Shown: positions 28,212 through 37,846 of the stretch, piece by piece | Layout of the letters: each line of letters begins with the position of its first letter | Numbering within the stretch: position 1 is the first letter of the stretch | From: Saccharofermentans sp. | Lineage (GTDB): Bacteria > Bacillota > Clostridia > Saccharofermentanales > Saccharofermentanaceae | Direction: 5' to 3' | Assembly (NCBI GenBank): GCA_024403655.1 | Contig: JAKSRK010000002.1 | Coordinates: 2,084-66,083 of the forward strand | Length of the DNA stretch: 64,000 nt | Notes under the pieces: model-generated | Seen by the model: only the letters and a program-made list of their open reading frames with translations | Told to the model about the DNA's origin: nothing | The model's database searches: none | Program-made: the position numbers and the translations under genes

Positions 28212-28550
28212 ATATAACAGAGGAACAAGCAAGCCTGCCCCCCTGCATATTATTAAGGTTTAAAACTCGCTCAGCCGATAGTAGCTTGTATCGCACATGA
28301 GTCTAACATCTCTTATGGTGGGGAGCTTCTCTCCATACGTGATCCCCTTTCTAAGGGGGTTAGGACTAAGAAGGAGTATCATTATGAGTTCATGGTTCTT
28401 CGCACACAAGGGTGCTACCCTGTTTTATTGGATTTATTCGGCTCTCATTCTTTTCCGCTTAAGTTCTACGACAAATACTTGGATTCAACCTTGATATACA
28501 AGGCAGAATGGTCACAGCCAACCAACACTGCTTCCCATGAATATAAAGTA
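28212..28550 (-). ncRNA. Candidate structured ncRNA upstream of the tRNA-like element
   Basis: No convincing long ORF; many nested helices found by hand (TTGGCT/AGCCGA, CATTCT/AGAATG, CCTTG/CAAGG, AGGGT/ACCCT, CCCCT/AGGGG, TATGG/CCATA, ACAAGC/GCTTGT). Confidence 0.35.
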
Positions 28551-28741
28551 CTGAGCAAGTGTTATATTAGATTGTCAAGGAACGTTCGAGTTCTCAAAAA
28601 TCATAGTTTTCGGAAAATAGCAGAAACAACAAATGGAAGGTAACATTTTGTAGACCTTCCATTAAACTTGCTTGAAATAATCTTTATATCACTATATAAT
28701 ATTTTTGATAAAGAGCTTTCACAAACTATAGTTTGTGAGAT

Positions 28742-29338
28742 TTACGTTTCGTTTTCCTCGATTTCTTCCTTGTATCTATAGTAAGTCGCAAGACCTATTC
28801 CCATAGCAGCACTAGCTTCTTTAACAGACATTTTACCTTCTTCAACTTGTTTAAGAAATCGCTTAAATGTTTCTGGTTTCACTTTACGCGAACGCCCAAA
28901 TTTAACCCCTCTAGCCAGAGCAGATTCTACACCCTGTCTTGTTCGCTGCAAGATTTTCTGTCTTTCTAATTCAGCACAATATCCAAGAATCGTTAATGTA
29001 ACATCCGCCAAGAATTTACCTGACAAGTCCTGTTTATCCCTGGTATCAAGCAAAGGCATATCTAAAACGATAATATCTATCTTCTTTTCTTTAGTTAGAA
29101 TCTGCCACTGTTCCTGTATCTCGATATAGTCACGTCCAAGACGATCTATAGAATACAGATAAAGACAATCGCCTGGCTTAATTTTCCTCATCAGCTTTTG
29201 CCATTCGGTACGGCAAAAGTCTTTGCCTGACTGGTGTTCCTCATATATTCGCATCTCAATACCGAGAGCTTCCATAGCATCCCTCTGTCGATCCGTATTT
29301 TGATGATTGGTGCTAACTCTTATATAGCCATAATTCAT
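28742..29338 (-). CDS. Small serine recombinase (resolvase/invertase) with C-terminal HTH
   Basis: YGYIRVST, SGKD..R, SIDRLGR, ER..I..R..G..A..GVKFGR, GIGLATYYRY. Confidence 0.92.
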   Translation of the reverse strand: MNYGYIRVSTNHQNTDRQRDAMEALGIEMRIYEEHQSGKDFCRTEWQKLMRKIKPGDCLYLYSIDRLGRDYIEIQEQWQILTKEKKIDIIVLDMPLLDTRDKQDLSGKFLADVTLTILGYCAELERQKILQRTRQGVESALARGVKFGRSRKVKPETFKRFLKQVEEGKMSVKEASAAMGIGLATYYRYKEEIEENET

Positions 29339-29389
29339 AAAAATCATCTCCGTTTCTTAACATTATCTTTGATTAATATAGTACATTCA

Positions 29390-31297
29390 TTAGACAGAAG
29401 CATTATATGAATCATACTGTTCCTGACTTATACTTCCACCACTCTCCAATATGCCTATTATTTCCCATGCTATATTCAGCATATTCTGGGGTACAGGATT
29501 ATTCTCCAAAGCTGCTGAAGCTATCGTATTATTACCGTCCACAGGAGCTATCCACATGTATTCTTCGCAAATACCTAAATCTATCGAAGTCAATTCAGCT
29601 GCAGTTAATTCTTCAGGATAAGCAGGTATGCAAAAACCCCATATAGCTGCTTCAGGATATTGTCTCCAATTGGTGACTCGACGCACCTGATCACTAGAAT
29701 TTCCTTCTAAAGTTATAAGATATCCTGTACTAGCATCATAAGATTCAACTATTCCGATATGCGATAAAGCGGAATGATTATCGTCCCATTCCCAAATAAC
29801 CAACCATCCAGGTTGAGGTTCAATAGTCGTTTGATAAGCTGTGTTCTGATACGTATATATGAATTCTCCAGGGTTATTCTCATTGTTAAACCATTCATAA
29901 TAGTAAACACAATCAATCAGGCAAGGAATAACTCCTGAATCAATATAACCATTCTGATCAGCACACCAGGAAACGAAGCAAGCACACCATGGAAAACGAT
30001 ATCCACTTCCGTTGGTATACCAATTACAGTAAGGTTCCCAACCATTTCCAACCTGTTGAGTTGCCACATCTATCATTCCAATGCCTGTACCTGTCTCAAT
30101 CATGCTCTCCAAAGAAGAGAACGATTCATCATATTGCGGATCCAGATAGTCAGCAAGAGCTGCTAATTCAGTATCATTAAAGCCTAATAGTGCAGCTACA
30201 ACATACGGATCAGGATGATAGCATAAAACCAAGAAACCATATGCGAATGTCAATCCTTCTGTCTGATAAGGTACTTCTGTAATAATGTATCTGAGTTCAA
30301 ATGGGGTTTCAAACTCATAGTAACTATTAAAGTCATAGCATACACAATTGCTTGCCCAAAACACTTCGGAAAAGTACTGATACGTATCACTGCCACTAGT
30401 GAACGTATTCTTATTATCAATATCTTTATCAGATACATATGCATAATAAAGCGATATAACATTTCTCCAAGGAATATCACCATTTAATACATATGGGTAG
30501 CACCAGCCTTCATCAATAAGTTCATCAGCATATATCTCAGCTCCGTTTATAACACTATTCTTATACATAGTTCTATGTTCACGACATACTTCCTGTAAAG
30601 AGAACGAATTACTAGAGTCCCAGAACGGCGTAGAAGGTACATATTTTGTTGCTGCCGAGCTACTAAAAAGCATAACAATTAGCATTTCTATCATCATCAC
30701 TATGGACATAACACCAACGACAGCAGCTTTTATTAGTGATGTTTTACTTTTAGGAATTACTGCAGTAGGCTTCACAGGATTTTTAGCAACGCTCTTATTT
30801 GTCTTAAAGAATCGCTCGATAAAGTTAGAATTCTGACTCCCTAGAAGTCTGTTATTCTCTACATTTTGTCTCACAGCAGCCATTCTAAGCTGATCGTTAT
30901 AATAGGACGAACTTGATGTTGGAGCCGTAGTTCCTTTGGGACTACTGACAATATGTCTTTGAATATTAGTTGAACCTTGATTCTCCTTTGGCTTTACTTC
31001 GGTTTTCTTACGCTTTTTACTTCGTGCCAAGTTGGCGCGAAGTTGCTGCGTTTTTGTTATGACTACATCCTGTGTTTTTTCTTTAACTATTGATGATACC
31101 GTTTCTGTCGTTAAACGGACAACTTTCTGATCCTGTTCATCATCCTGTCCAGACTCATCCATGCCTACATCAGCAATAGCTTTAACAGGCAAGTTAAAGT
31201 CGTCGATAGTTCTCTTGAATTTACGTTCGCGAGAAAATTCTCGATTAATAACTTTCTTATCAAATCTTTTCTTGTGATCTATAATCTTCATTTCCAA
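29390..31297 (-). CDS. CHAP-domain peptidoglycan hydrolase (VirB1 analogue)
   Basis: One TM segment; PWCACFVSWCA and HIGIVE..EGNS CHAP motifs; follows virB4. Confidence 0.85.
   Translation of the reverse strand: MEMKIIDHKKRFDKKVINREFSRERKFKRTIDDFNLPVKAIADVGMDESGQDDEQDQKVVRLTTETVSSIVKEKTQDVVITKTQQLRANLARSKKRKKTEVKPKENQGSTNIQRHIVSSPKGTTAPTSSSSYYNDQLRMAAVRQNVENNRLLGSQNSNFIERFFKTNKSVAKNPVKPTAVIPKSKTSLIKAAVVGVMSIVMMIEMLIVMLFSSSAATKYVPSTPFWDSSNSFSLQEVCREHRTMYKNSVINGAEIYADELIDEGWCYPYVLNGDIPWRNVISLYYAYVSDKDIDNKNTFTSGSDTYQYFSEVFWASNCVCYDFNSYYEFETPFELRYIITEVPYQTEGLTFAYGFLVLCYHPDPYVVAALLGFNDTELAALADYLDPQYDESFSSLESMIETGTGIGMIDVATQQVGNGWEPYCNWYTNGSGYRFPWCACFVSWCADQNGYIDSGVIPCLIDCVYYYEWFNNENNPGEFIYTYQNTAYQTTIEPQPGWLVIWEWDDNHSALSHIGIVESYDASTGYLITLEGNSSDQVRRVTNWRQYPEAAIWGFCIPAYPEELTAAELTSIDLGICEEYMWIAPVDGNNTIASAALENNPVPQNMLNIAWEIIGILESGGSISQEQYDSYNASV
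31018..31044. repeat. 27-bp ICE palindrome, copy 1 (inside the CHAP CDS)
   Basis: TACTTCGTGCCAAGTTGGCGCGAAGTT. Confidence 0.9.
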
Positions 31298-33647
31298 AGA
31301 TACCTTCGTTCTTCTTTGTTGAGAAAAGTTTATATATCAACGTTTTCTCAGGAATTACATTTGAGAAAGGTATATATACATCACCATACTTTAGTAATCC
31401 TGCGCCCTTTTCAGATTTGTCGAGCCATTTTGTATTCTCTTCGGATAAGTTATAAAACTCCTTGAGTGCCATTAGATCAACATCAGATTGGCTGGTCATG
31501 AATGTTACTTCAGAGTTAGCTAACATATTCGTAGTGATTTCATTCGTCATAAAACATTTTGCGTTTTGACTAATTGCATTAGGCATTCCGCTTCTTTTAC
31601 GCCACTGACGATATGCATTATCGAAGAATGTAGCTGTATTCGGATTAGATAAAAGAACCTGAGCCTCATCGAAGTCAATATATGTACTGCCTCCGTTTTC
31701 CCAATTTAGAGTAACCATATTGATTACTGCATCTGTAAGAACAAAAAGTGCTATAGGTTTTTCTATTTCTCTTAAGCCAAATAGATTAAATATCGTAATA
31801 CGCTTGCTATACATATCTACTGTAGATTCTTCAGCATATGTATTAAATGAACCTAGAGTAAACATTTCTAATTTCAGAGCCAATTGTCTTGCCTCTGCTT
31901 CTTCCTGTTGCGTAATAATTCTATGAAGCACACATAAAGTTGGCATTTCGCCTGTCTCAGAATAATTCTCATATGTTAATCTGACACATCTATCCAAAAT
32001 AGATCTCTCTTCAAGAGTAATAGGATGTTCAGGATCAGCCTGATTCAGAAGCGTCATAACGAACTGAGATTTTATACTAACTGGATTACTATTCTCATCA
32101 GTGCCATAATTCTTGACCATTTCCATACAGTTAATTTTATCTTTACCTGAACCAAGATTAACTACAGATACAAGCTCAGGACATAGATACTGATACAAAA
32201 CGGAGTATTCCCCTTCAGGATCAACAATTATATATTTATTATCTGTCTTCATGATTCTTTGAAGCTGGATCCATTTAATCAGCATAGATTTACCGCCGCC
32301 TGGCTTACCTACCATTACAGCGGACTGATTGATAAGATTTTCAAAATTAGGTACAACAAAATTTCTCGATATCTTGTTTTCGCCAATATGAACTCCACCT
32401 CTTTCAAGAAGATCAATACATTTAAATGGAGTTAATACAGATAAAGAAGATGTATTAAGTAATCTCATCTGTTTTACTCGCCATGCTCCATAAGGTAAAC
32501 AGGTGTTAAACACGTCAAACTGTTGCTGCGTAGCAACATCCAACTGGGCATTTGAACCTGAAGTTGATTTAACAGCCTTTTTAAGACTTCCTGTAATCTT
32601 ATCAAGTTCTTCTTTTGAATCGGCTATTATAACCATTGTTATGCATGCTGTAAGCATACGCTCATCGTTATTATGGATATCATCATCCCACTCACGGCAT
32701 GCAGCCTGTTCATTAAGTCTTTGTGCCGGGGGTACAGCTGTTATATCCTTTTGTCTTTCTTTCCAATCCTGAATTTTAGAATCTGCACTATCAGATTTAC
32801 TTCTAAGAAGTCGATCAGCTTCGTCAACAGGAACAGGTATTATATCTATAGAAAGCAGCATTCTATTAGATACATCTGTTAATGTCGATACAAATGAGTC
32901 TCTAAGTACATTCGCCCAGGAGATAAGATACAAAGAACGAACATACTTATCGTCGTCGATTATGATGTGATCACGTTTCCTTTTAATATGTGTTGGTGCC
33001 ACATAGTTTTTAAAATCATTACCAAAATAAGGACTTGTCGGATCTATATCTGGACGATACTCATCACCTTGATGGAAGAAGCTATGGAGAATAAATAGTC
33101 TTTCTTTGCTGTCTATTTCTTGTAATGAGGAACCCATTTCTTCAAGAGCTGATTTGAGATCATCATATAGTCTATTAAAGAACTTCTCGGCTTCAGTGAT
33201 ATTATCTCTTTTGATAGCTACAGTTATATATTTGTCCTGAAGTATTCCTCTGACTTTCTCAGTTTTTGTATCAATGATTTTATTGAAATCATAACCCGCC
33301 TGTACAAGCATCTTGTTTTCAGGATATCGCTCAGGTTCAAGATATAATCCTACGTCCAGATCTTTTGGATCAATAGGACGATTGTATACTGTTATCTTAG
33401 TTATAGCTTCAGGATCTAATGTATTGATAATCCCTGACCACTTAACACATATATCTGTTCTATTATCATAACTTGATACCATATAGTTAAGGTCAGTAAA
33501 CTTAAAGCTTTTGGTATAACGGTTATCTACCAAAAATATACCGCTTGCACCGTAAATTGCCTGTATAGGAATAAGATCCTGAGTCGTAGCAGGAACTTTA
33601 TATCTAACTTTACCTTCTTGTATTCGCTCTTTTAAAACATCAAGCAT
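31260..33647 (-). CDS. VirB4-like conjugation ATPase
   Basis: TAQDLIP-like start (TTQDLIP), GKPGGGKS, IIVDPEGEY, DFDEAQ, RKRSG..ISQN. Confidence 0.92.
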   Translation of the reverse strand: MLDVLKERIQEGKVRYKVPATTQDLIPIQAIYGASGIFLVDNRYTKSFKFTDLNYMVSSYDNRTDICVKWSGIINTLDPEAITKITVYNRPIDPKDLDVGLYLEPERYPENKMLVQAGYDFNKIIDTKTEKVRGILQDKYITVAIKRDNITEAEKFFNRLYDDLKSALEEMGSSLQEIDSKERLFILHSFFHQGDEYRPDIDPTSPYFGNDFKNYVAPTHIKRKRDHIIIDDDKYVRSLYLISWANVLRDSFVSTLTDVSNRMLLSIDIIPVPVDEADRLLRSKSDSADSKIQDWKERQKDITAVPPAQRLNEQAACREWDDDIHNNDERMLTACITMVIIADSKEELDKITGSLKKAVKSTSGSNAQLDVATQQQFDVFNTCLPYGAWRVKQMRLLNTSSLSVLTPFKCIDLLERGGVHIGENKISRNFVVPNFENLINQSAVMVGKPGGGKSMLIKWIQLQRIMKTDNKYIIVDPEGEYSVLYQYLCPELVSVVNLGSGKDKINCMEMVKNYGTDENSNPVSIKSQFVMTLLNQADPEHPITLEERSILDRCVRLTYENYSETGEMPTLCVLHRIITQQEEAEARQLALKLEMFTLGSFNTYAEESTVDMYSKRITIFNLFGLREIEKPIALFVLTDAVINMVTLNWENGGSTYIDFDEAQVLLSNPNTATFFDNAYRQWRKRSGMPNAISQNAKCFMTNEITTNMLANSEVTFMTSQSDVDLMALKEFYNLSEENTKWLDKSEKGAGLLKYGDVYIPFSNVIPEKTLIYKLFSTKKNEGIFGNEDYRSQEKI

Positions 33648-34035
33648 CTTCGGATTCCTCCTGTATTTTAACTATTTGGGATTCTCTAACTTTGGCAATC
33701 ACCTCTTCTGGTGGCATATCATGTTTGCAAAATTCCTTTGGGAGAAGCATATTCCTAAGAATCATTGGAATGTATTCTTCAGCATTTAAGCCTTTATATG
33801 GGAGAAAGCCAATTATTCCAATTGGAGTCGCAATTATCATTGTAATTAGCAACCTTAGAATCTCAGGGATATCAAATACTACATTTCCTAATATATAAAA
33901 ACCGAGAAATGCAGCCATTATCAATATAGATGCTATCAGCTGTCTAAGAGTCAGTCCTCTAAACCAATCCGCTTTAATCTTCCTGATATCGGTTGGAACC
34001 CTTACTTCAACAGGTTTCATGTTATTTCCTCCCAC
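33640..34035 (-). CDS. PrgI-family (VirB3-like) membrane protein
   Basis: VPTDIRKIKA..GLTLRQL, two TM segments, directly upstream of virB4. Confidence 0.85.
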   Translation of the reverse strand: MGGNNMKPVEVRVPTDIRKIKADWFRGLTLRQLIASILIMAAFLGFYILGNVVFDIPEILRLLITMIIATPIGIIGFLPYKGLNAEEYIPMILRNMLLPKEFCKHDMPPEEVIAKVRESQIVKIQEESEDA

Positions 34036-34043
34036 GACAAAAT

Positions 34044-34070
34044 AGCGGTGGCAGCTAGGCTACCACCGCT
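34044..34070 (-). terminator. Hairpin between virD4 and prgI
   Basis: AGCGGTGGCAGC / GCTACCACCGCT followed by ATTTT on the minus strand. Confidence 0.55.
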
Positions 34071-34105
34071 TAAGATATTCATATGGATATAATTCATATC
34101 ATCAC

Positions 34106-35983
34106 TCATTTCCTTTTCCTTCTTGAAGTTTTTCTAGGATTAGCTGCTTCATACAAAAACTGCTCACCTGTCATCATGCGAGCTTTAGGCATAAACGATT
34201 TAGATTCCTCTATATAATCAAGCCAAACAATAGATGTATCTTCAGATATTTTTTCAATCTCTTTAGTTTTTTGAATAAAAGTTGGAGATTCATATCCAAT
34301 ATCACCTATTTTTATCTTATATCTCATAGCATTACCACCAGATATAGTAGTAAGCTTTGCTCTTGGGTGTTTAGTCGGATCATATTTTTTATCTAATATC
34401 GCTGGTGTATTCTTGATAAACAGCAGACACTCATCAGGCTGCATAGTTCGAATCTGAGCGACTGTCATTACTTTTAAGGAAGCTGTAGATACATTTTTTG
34501 AACTACTTCCCGAAGAACCTTTTGTCTCTCCAAAGGATTCAACATTGATAGTCTCTTCTCCCATCATATCTGAGAAATACTGCATTGTATCCTTAGATTG
34601 TGTTCCGAGGAAAAGAATCTCATCTGCAGATTCCTGAAATGTCTTTCCTGACTTGCCAAAAGTAGTCTCCAACTGATTTAAAGACTGCAAGAACATCATG
34701 ATACCAATTCCACGTTTACGCGCTGTACTCCATATACCGTCAAATCCTTCAGGAGCAGCTACATTAGCAACCTCATCCATCAGGAAGAGAGTATACTCAG
34801 GAAGTCTTCTTGAATCATTCTTGTGAACGACATCAGCACAACGGTACAGCTCATCAAATAATGATGTGTAAAGCATAGAACATATAAAGTTCAATGATTT
34901 ATCGCGTTCAGGAATAATCATGAATAAAGCAGTCTTACGTTCACCAGTCTCAGAAAGTTCCATAGTATCCATCTGAGTAAGATTAGCAATCGCAGGATCG
35001 TTGAACTTAGATAGATGTGCCGATAAAGACTGAATAATTGATTTTACGGTCTTGGCTGGACCGAGCATTGACTCTTTCCAATAAGATAAAGCCGGATGCA
35101 TAGGATTTCTCTTCTCAAGATCTTCCATATACAAATGTAAAGGTGATTTATAATCTTCATCATCTTCTCTAACATCACATTGATGAAACAGATACATAAG
35201 AGTATTGAAGTTCTTCTCATCAGGAGGACACTCGTAATAAACAACAAACATTAAAGCTTTTAACAAGCCTTCAGCCATTGGATCAAAGAACGGATCAGGT
35301 TTAGAATCAGGAGGAGAAGTATTCTTGAACAAAGATGTAGCAAGAGAAGAAATATCTTCATCCTTCCTGAGATAAACAAAAGGGTTATAAAAATCACTCT
35401 TTTCAGGCTCTTTCAGATTAAGAATCTTTATTACATATCCATTTTCCTCAAGCATTTTACCTGTTGTTTCTAAAAGATCGCCAGCTGGATCAAGGACGAT
35501 ATATGAACCTATCATTTGCATCAGAATAGGTGCAAGAACAAATCTTGATTTACCTGAACCCATTGAGCCAAGCACTAATGCTGCAATCGTTTTCCTGACT
35601 ACTTTGTCGTTATAATACATTTTTACATTTTTAGTAAAAATAACATTCTTGAAGTAATCTTTATGACTTAACTGTTTACCAATTTTTTTAGGATCACCAA
35701 GCTGTTGATCACCCCGATCTCGTCCTCGCCTAAATCCCATCTGATCTAAAGCTTTGACATAAAGGAGCATCCAGAATATCAATATGGATACTATTATTGC
35801 TGGAATCGTAGCATCACAGTATATTAATGTTGTATAGTCGTTAAGAAGATTAAGCACAGCTGAAATAGATCTAAACTGTTCAAACGATATTACAGGCGAT
35901 AAAAGAAAAGCCAGGTATGCTATCGGGAATGCTCCTACGATACCTATCGTAAGATACATTCTTTTCTCTGTTTTATTATTCAC
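34106..35983 (-). CDS. VirD4/TraG-like type IV coupling protein
   Basis: N-terminal TMs; GSMGSGKS, VLDPAG, YNPF, MDEVAN, QSLNQL. Confidence 0.92.
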   Translation of the reverse strand: MNNKTEKRMYLTIGIVGAFPIAYLAFLLSPVISFEQFRSISAVLNLLNDYTTLIYCDATIPAIIVSILIFWMLLYVKALDQMGFRRGRDRGDQQLGDPKKIGKQLSHKDYFKNVIFTKNVKMYYNDKVVRKTIAALVLGSMGSGKSRFVLAPILMQMIGSYIVLDPAGDLLETTGKMLEENGYVIKILNLKEPEKSDFYNPFVYLRKDEDISSLATSLFKNTSPPDSKPDPFFDPMAEGLLKALMFVVYYECPPDEKNFNTLMYLFHQCDVREDDEDYKSPLHLYMEDLEKRNPMHPALSYWKESMLGPAKTVKSIIQSLSAHLSKFNDPAIANLTQMDTMELSETGERKTALFMIIPERDKSLNFICSMLYTSLFDELYRCADVVHKNDSRRLPEYTLFLMDEVANVAAPEGFDGIWSTARKRGIGIMMFLQSLNQLETTFGKSGKTFQESADEILFLGTQSKDTMQYFSDMMGEETINVESFGETKGSSGSSSKNVSTASLKVMTVAQIRTMQPDECLLFIKNTPAILDKKYDPTKHPRAKLTTISGGNAMRYKIKIGDIGYESPTFIQKTKEIEKISEDTSIVWLDYIEESKSFMPKARMMTGEQFLYEAANPRKTSRRKRK

Positions 35984-35997
35984 GCTTTATCCTTTCT

Positions 35998-36024
35998 AAC
36001 TTCTCGCCAAGTTGGCACGAAGTT
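35998..36024. repeat. 27-bp ICE palindrome, copy 2 (virB6/virD4 junction)
   Basis: AACTTCTCGCCAAGTTGGCACGAAGTT. Confidence 0.92.
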
Positions 36025-36027
36025 ACA

Positions 36028-36927
36028 TTACATATTAAATTTCTCTTTAATGAGAGTTCTTGTACCAAATACCATGAGAGCAAAAAACACTACTTTCAGG
36101 AGCATCATTATAAAGAACTGCCACATAGCAAATCCTGTAAACCAACTTGAAACATCCGTCCACAATCCATCGAGATCAAATACATCGGTCCCCATGAATG
36201 CAGCAAAAATATACAGCACACAAGTAAGTGCAACTCCGAAAAGGCAGTCACCAGCAAAACCTTTTATATAGGTTATTCCCATGTGCGATGTTTTTTCACT
36301 GCCAAAAAAGCACAAACCTATAGGAGCAAGCGATACTTCAACAAGTATGCGAAGAAATCTAGCCAGTAAATAAATATAAATAGCTGCTCCTATCAAAAGA
36401 ACAGCTATGCAAGAAATCAGCAAAAATAGCAGCGTTGGCGTTTTTGCAAACTGCATACTTATCAACTTTGCTATCCCACCAAATATATCTAGCAAAGACA
36501 AGTCACTAGTGTCAAAATCTAGAAAATCTTCAATTAAATCGTTAACAGCATCAGTAAACGTAATATGAAGATTTTCAGCAACAAGCGTTCTGTTAATAAG
36601 CGTTATCATGCCAATTGAGACATCCCAAAACCATATCATGATAGAAGTGCTGTAATGTACTGCTACGTTGGCAACAATATATCTTAAACTATGACCAACA
36701 AGTTTAGAGGGTTTAATCTCATGAACATTCTCTAACGATTGAGCTAGACCATATAAGAAGAATATCAAACAAAACGATTGTCCAACTGCAACCAAAGCTG
36801 AATTAATAGATGATACTATTGAATACACCTCAGGATAGGTATTCTCAATATCCCATTCCAAGAGAGAAATCACATTATCAGCAAAAAAGTTCCACATTGC
36901 CGTGACGAATTCTACAAATTCACCCAT
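36028..36927 (-). CDS. VirB6/TrbL-like polytopic T4SS membrane protein
   Basis: About 5-6 TM segments; RFLRILVEVSLAPI..F..SEKT..G..YIK pattern; position upstream of virD4. Confidence 0.75.
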   Translation of the reverse strand: MGEFVEFVTAMWNFFADNVISLLEWDIENTYPEVYSIVSSINSALVAVGQSFCLIFFLYGLAQSLENVHEIKPSKLVGHSLRYIVANVAVHYSTSIMIWFWDVSIGMITLINRTLVAENLHITFTDAVNDLIEDFLDFDTSDLSLLDIFGGIAKLISMQFAKTPTLLFLLISCIAVLLIGAAIYIYLLARFLRILVEVSLAPIGLCFFGSEKTSHMGITYIKGFAGDCLFGVALTCVLYIFAAFMGTDVFDLDGLWTDVSSWFTGFAMWQFFIMMLLKVVFFALMVFGTRTLIKEKFNM

Positions 36928-36932
36928 TATTA

Positions 36933-37841
36933 TTACCTTTCTCTGTTCTCTAACCCATTAGCAATAGTTCTTGCTTGACGTCGAGCTTCTTCACGAACCT
37001 TAGCTTCTTGCTCGTATTTTGCAAAGGACTGTTTAAAGCTTTTATTTTGCTTCTTATTATTCTCCTGATTAAGACTTATCGCCTGTTTCATTGGATCGGG
37101 CAAACCGTCTTGTGAGTTTATAAAATCCGTCTTTGAAGCTTCCTGAACTGTCAAATTCTCCTTTTCCTCCAACGAGTCTGGGTTTACTATTTCCTGATAA
37201 GCGATTAAATTCGGCTCTGAAAGATCTTTTGTTAGCTTCTGTTCCTTCAGAGCTTCGGGAAAATTTGCTTCTTTATCCTCGTTAGAATTAGAATGTTCCG
37301 ATGTCTTATTCGACTTAATCACATCAGAATTCTTCTGCTCAACTTTATCTTCTCGTTCTATCTCAGCTTTGGAGCCTTCAGGATTTTGAACTTTTTCCAT
37401 ATTGGTATGAAGCTTATGTTCATACTGCTCGAACCTCTTAGTACTAGACTGTTCAAGACTATATTCAATTAGTCCAAGTCTTTTACAGTATTCCTGGATA
37501 ACAGATGATAGCTTTTTATCGAATACAAGCAGTTTATTATTAGAAATATCATCTGAAACTACATATATCGGAATTCCTGCCTTAGATAACGGATCTAGTA
37601 ATTTTTGAGCATCTTCTTTATTCAGAGTAATCGCTCCAGGCTCTTTACCATCTTTTAAAAAAGCTTCACACGGATTCTTTTTATAGTACTGCTGCATTTT
37701 TTCCGCTTCAGACATTTTCTCGCGCTCGGCAGCATATTTTGCAACTATATCCATCATCACTCTTGAAGATGATTTTACAACTGTAGTTACCCCATCAACC
37801 ATTAATCTCATAGCATATGAGCCAACCTGTTCTTCAAGCAT
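36933..37841 (-). CDS. PcfB/DUF3801-like conjugation accessory protein
   Basis: MLEEQVGS..RLMVDG N-terminus, charged C-terminus, position upstream of T4SS genes. Confidence 0.5.
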   Translation of the reverse strand: MLEEQVGSYAMRLMVDGVTTVVKSSSRVMMDIVAKYAAEREKMSEAEKMQQYYKKNPCEAFLKDGKEPGAITLNKEDAQKLLDPLSKAGIPIYVVSDDISNNKLLVFDKKLSSVIQEYCKRLGLIEYSLEQSSTKRFEQYEHKLHTNMEKVQNPEGSKAEIEREDKVEQKNSDVIKSNKTSEHSNSNEDKEANFPEALKEQKLTKDLSEPNLIAYQEIVNPDSLEEKENLTVQEASKTDFINSQDGLPDPMKQAISLNQENNKKQNKSFKQSFAKYEQEAKVREEARRQARTIANGLENRER

Positions 37842-37846
37842 TTAGA

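Noticed and set aside
28719-28738. Rex operator
   Set aside because: The half-sites are in the opposite orientation to the Rex box TTGTGAA-N4-TTCACAA.
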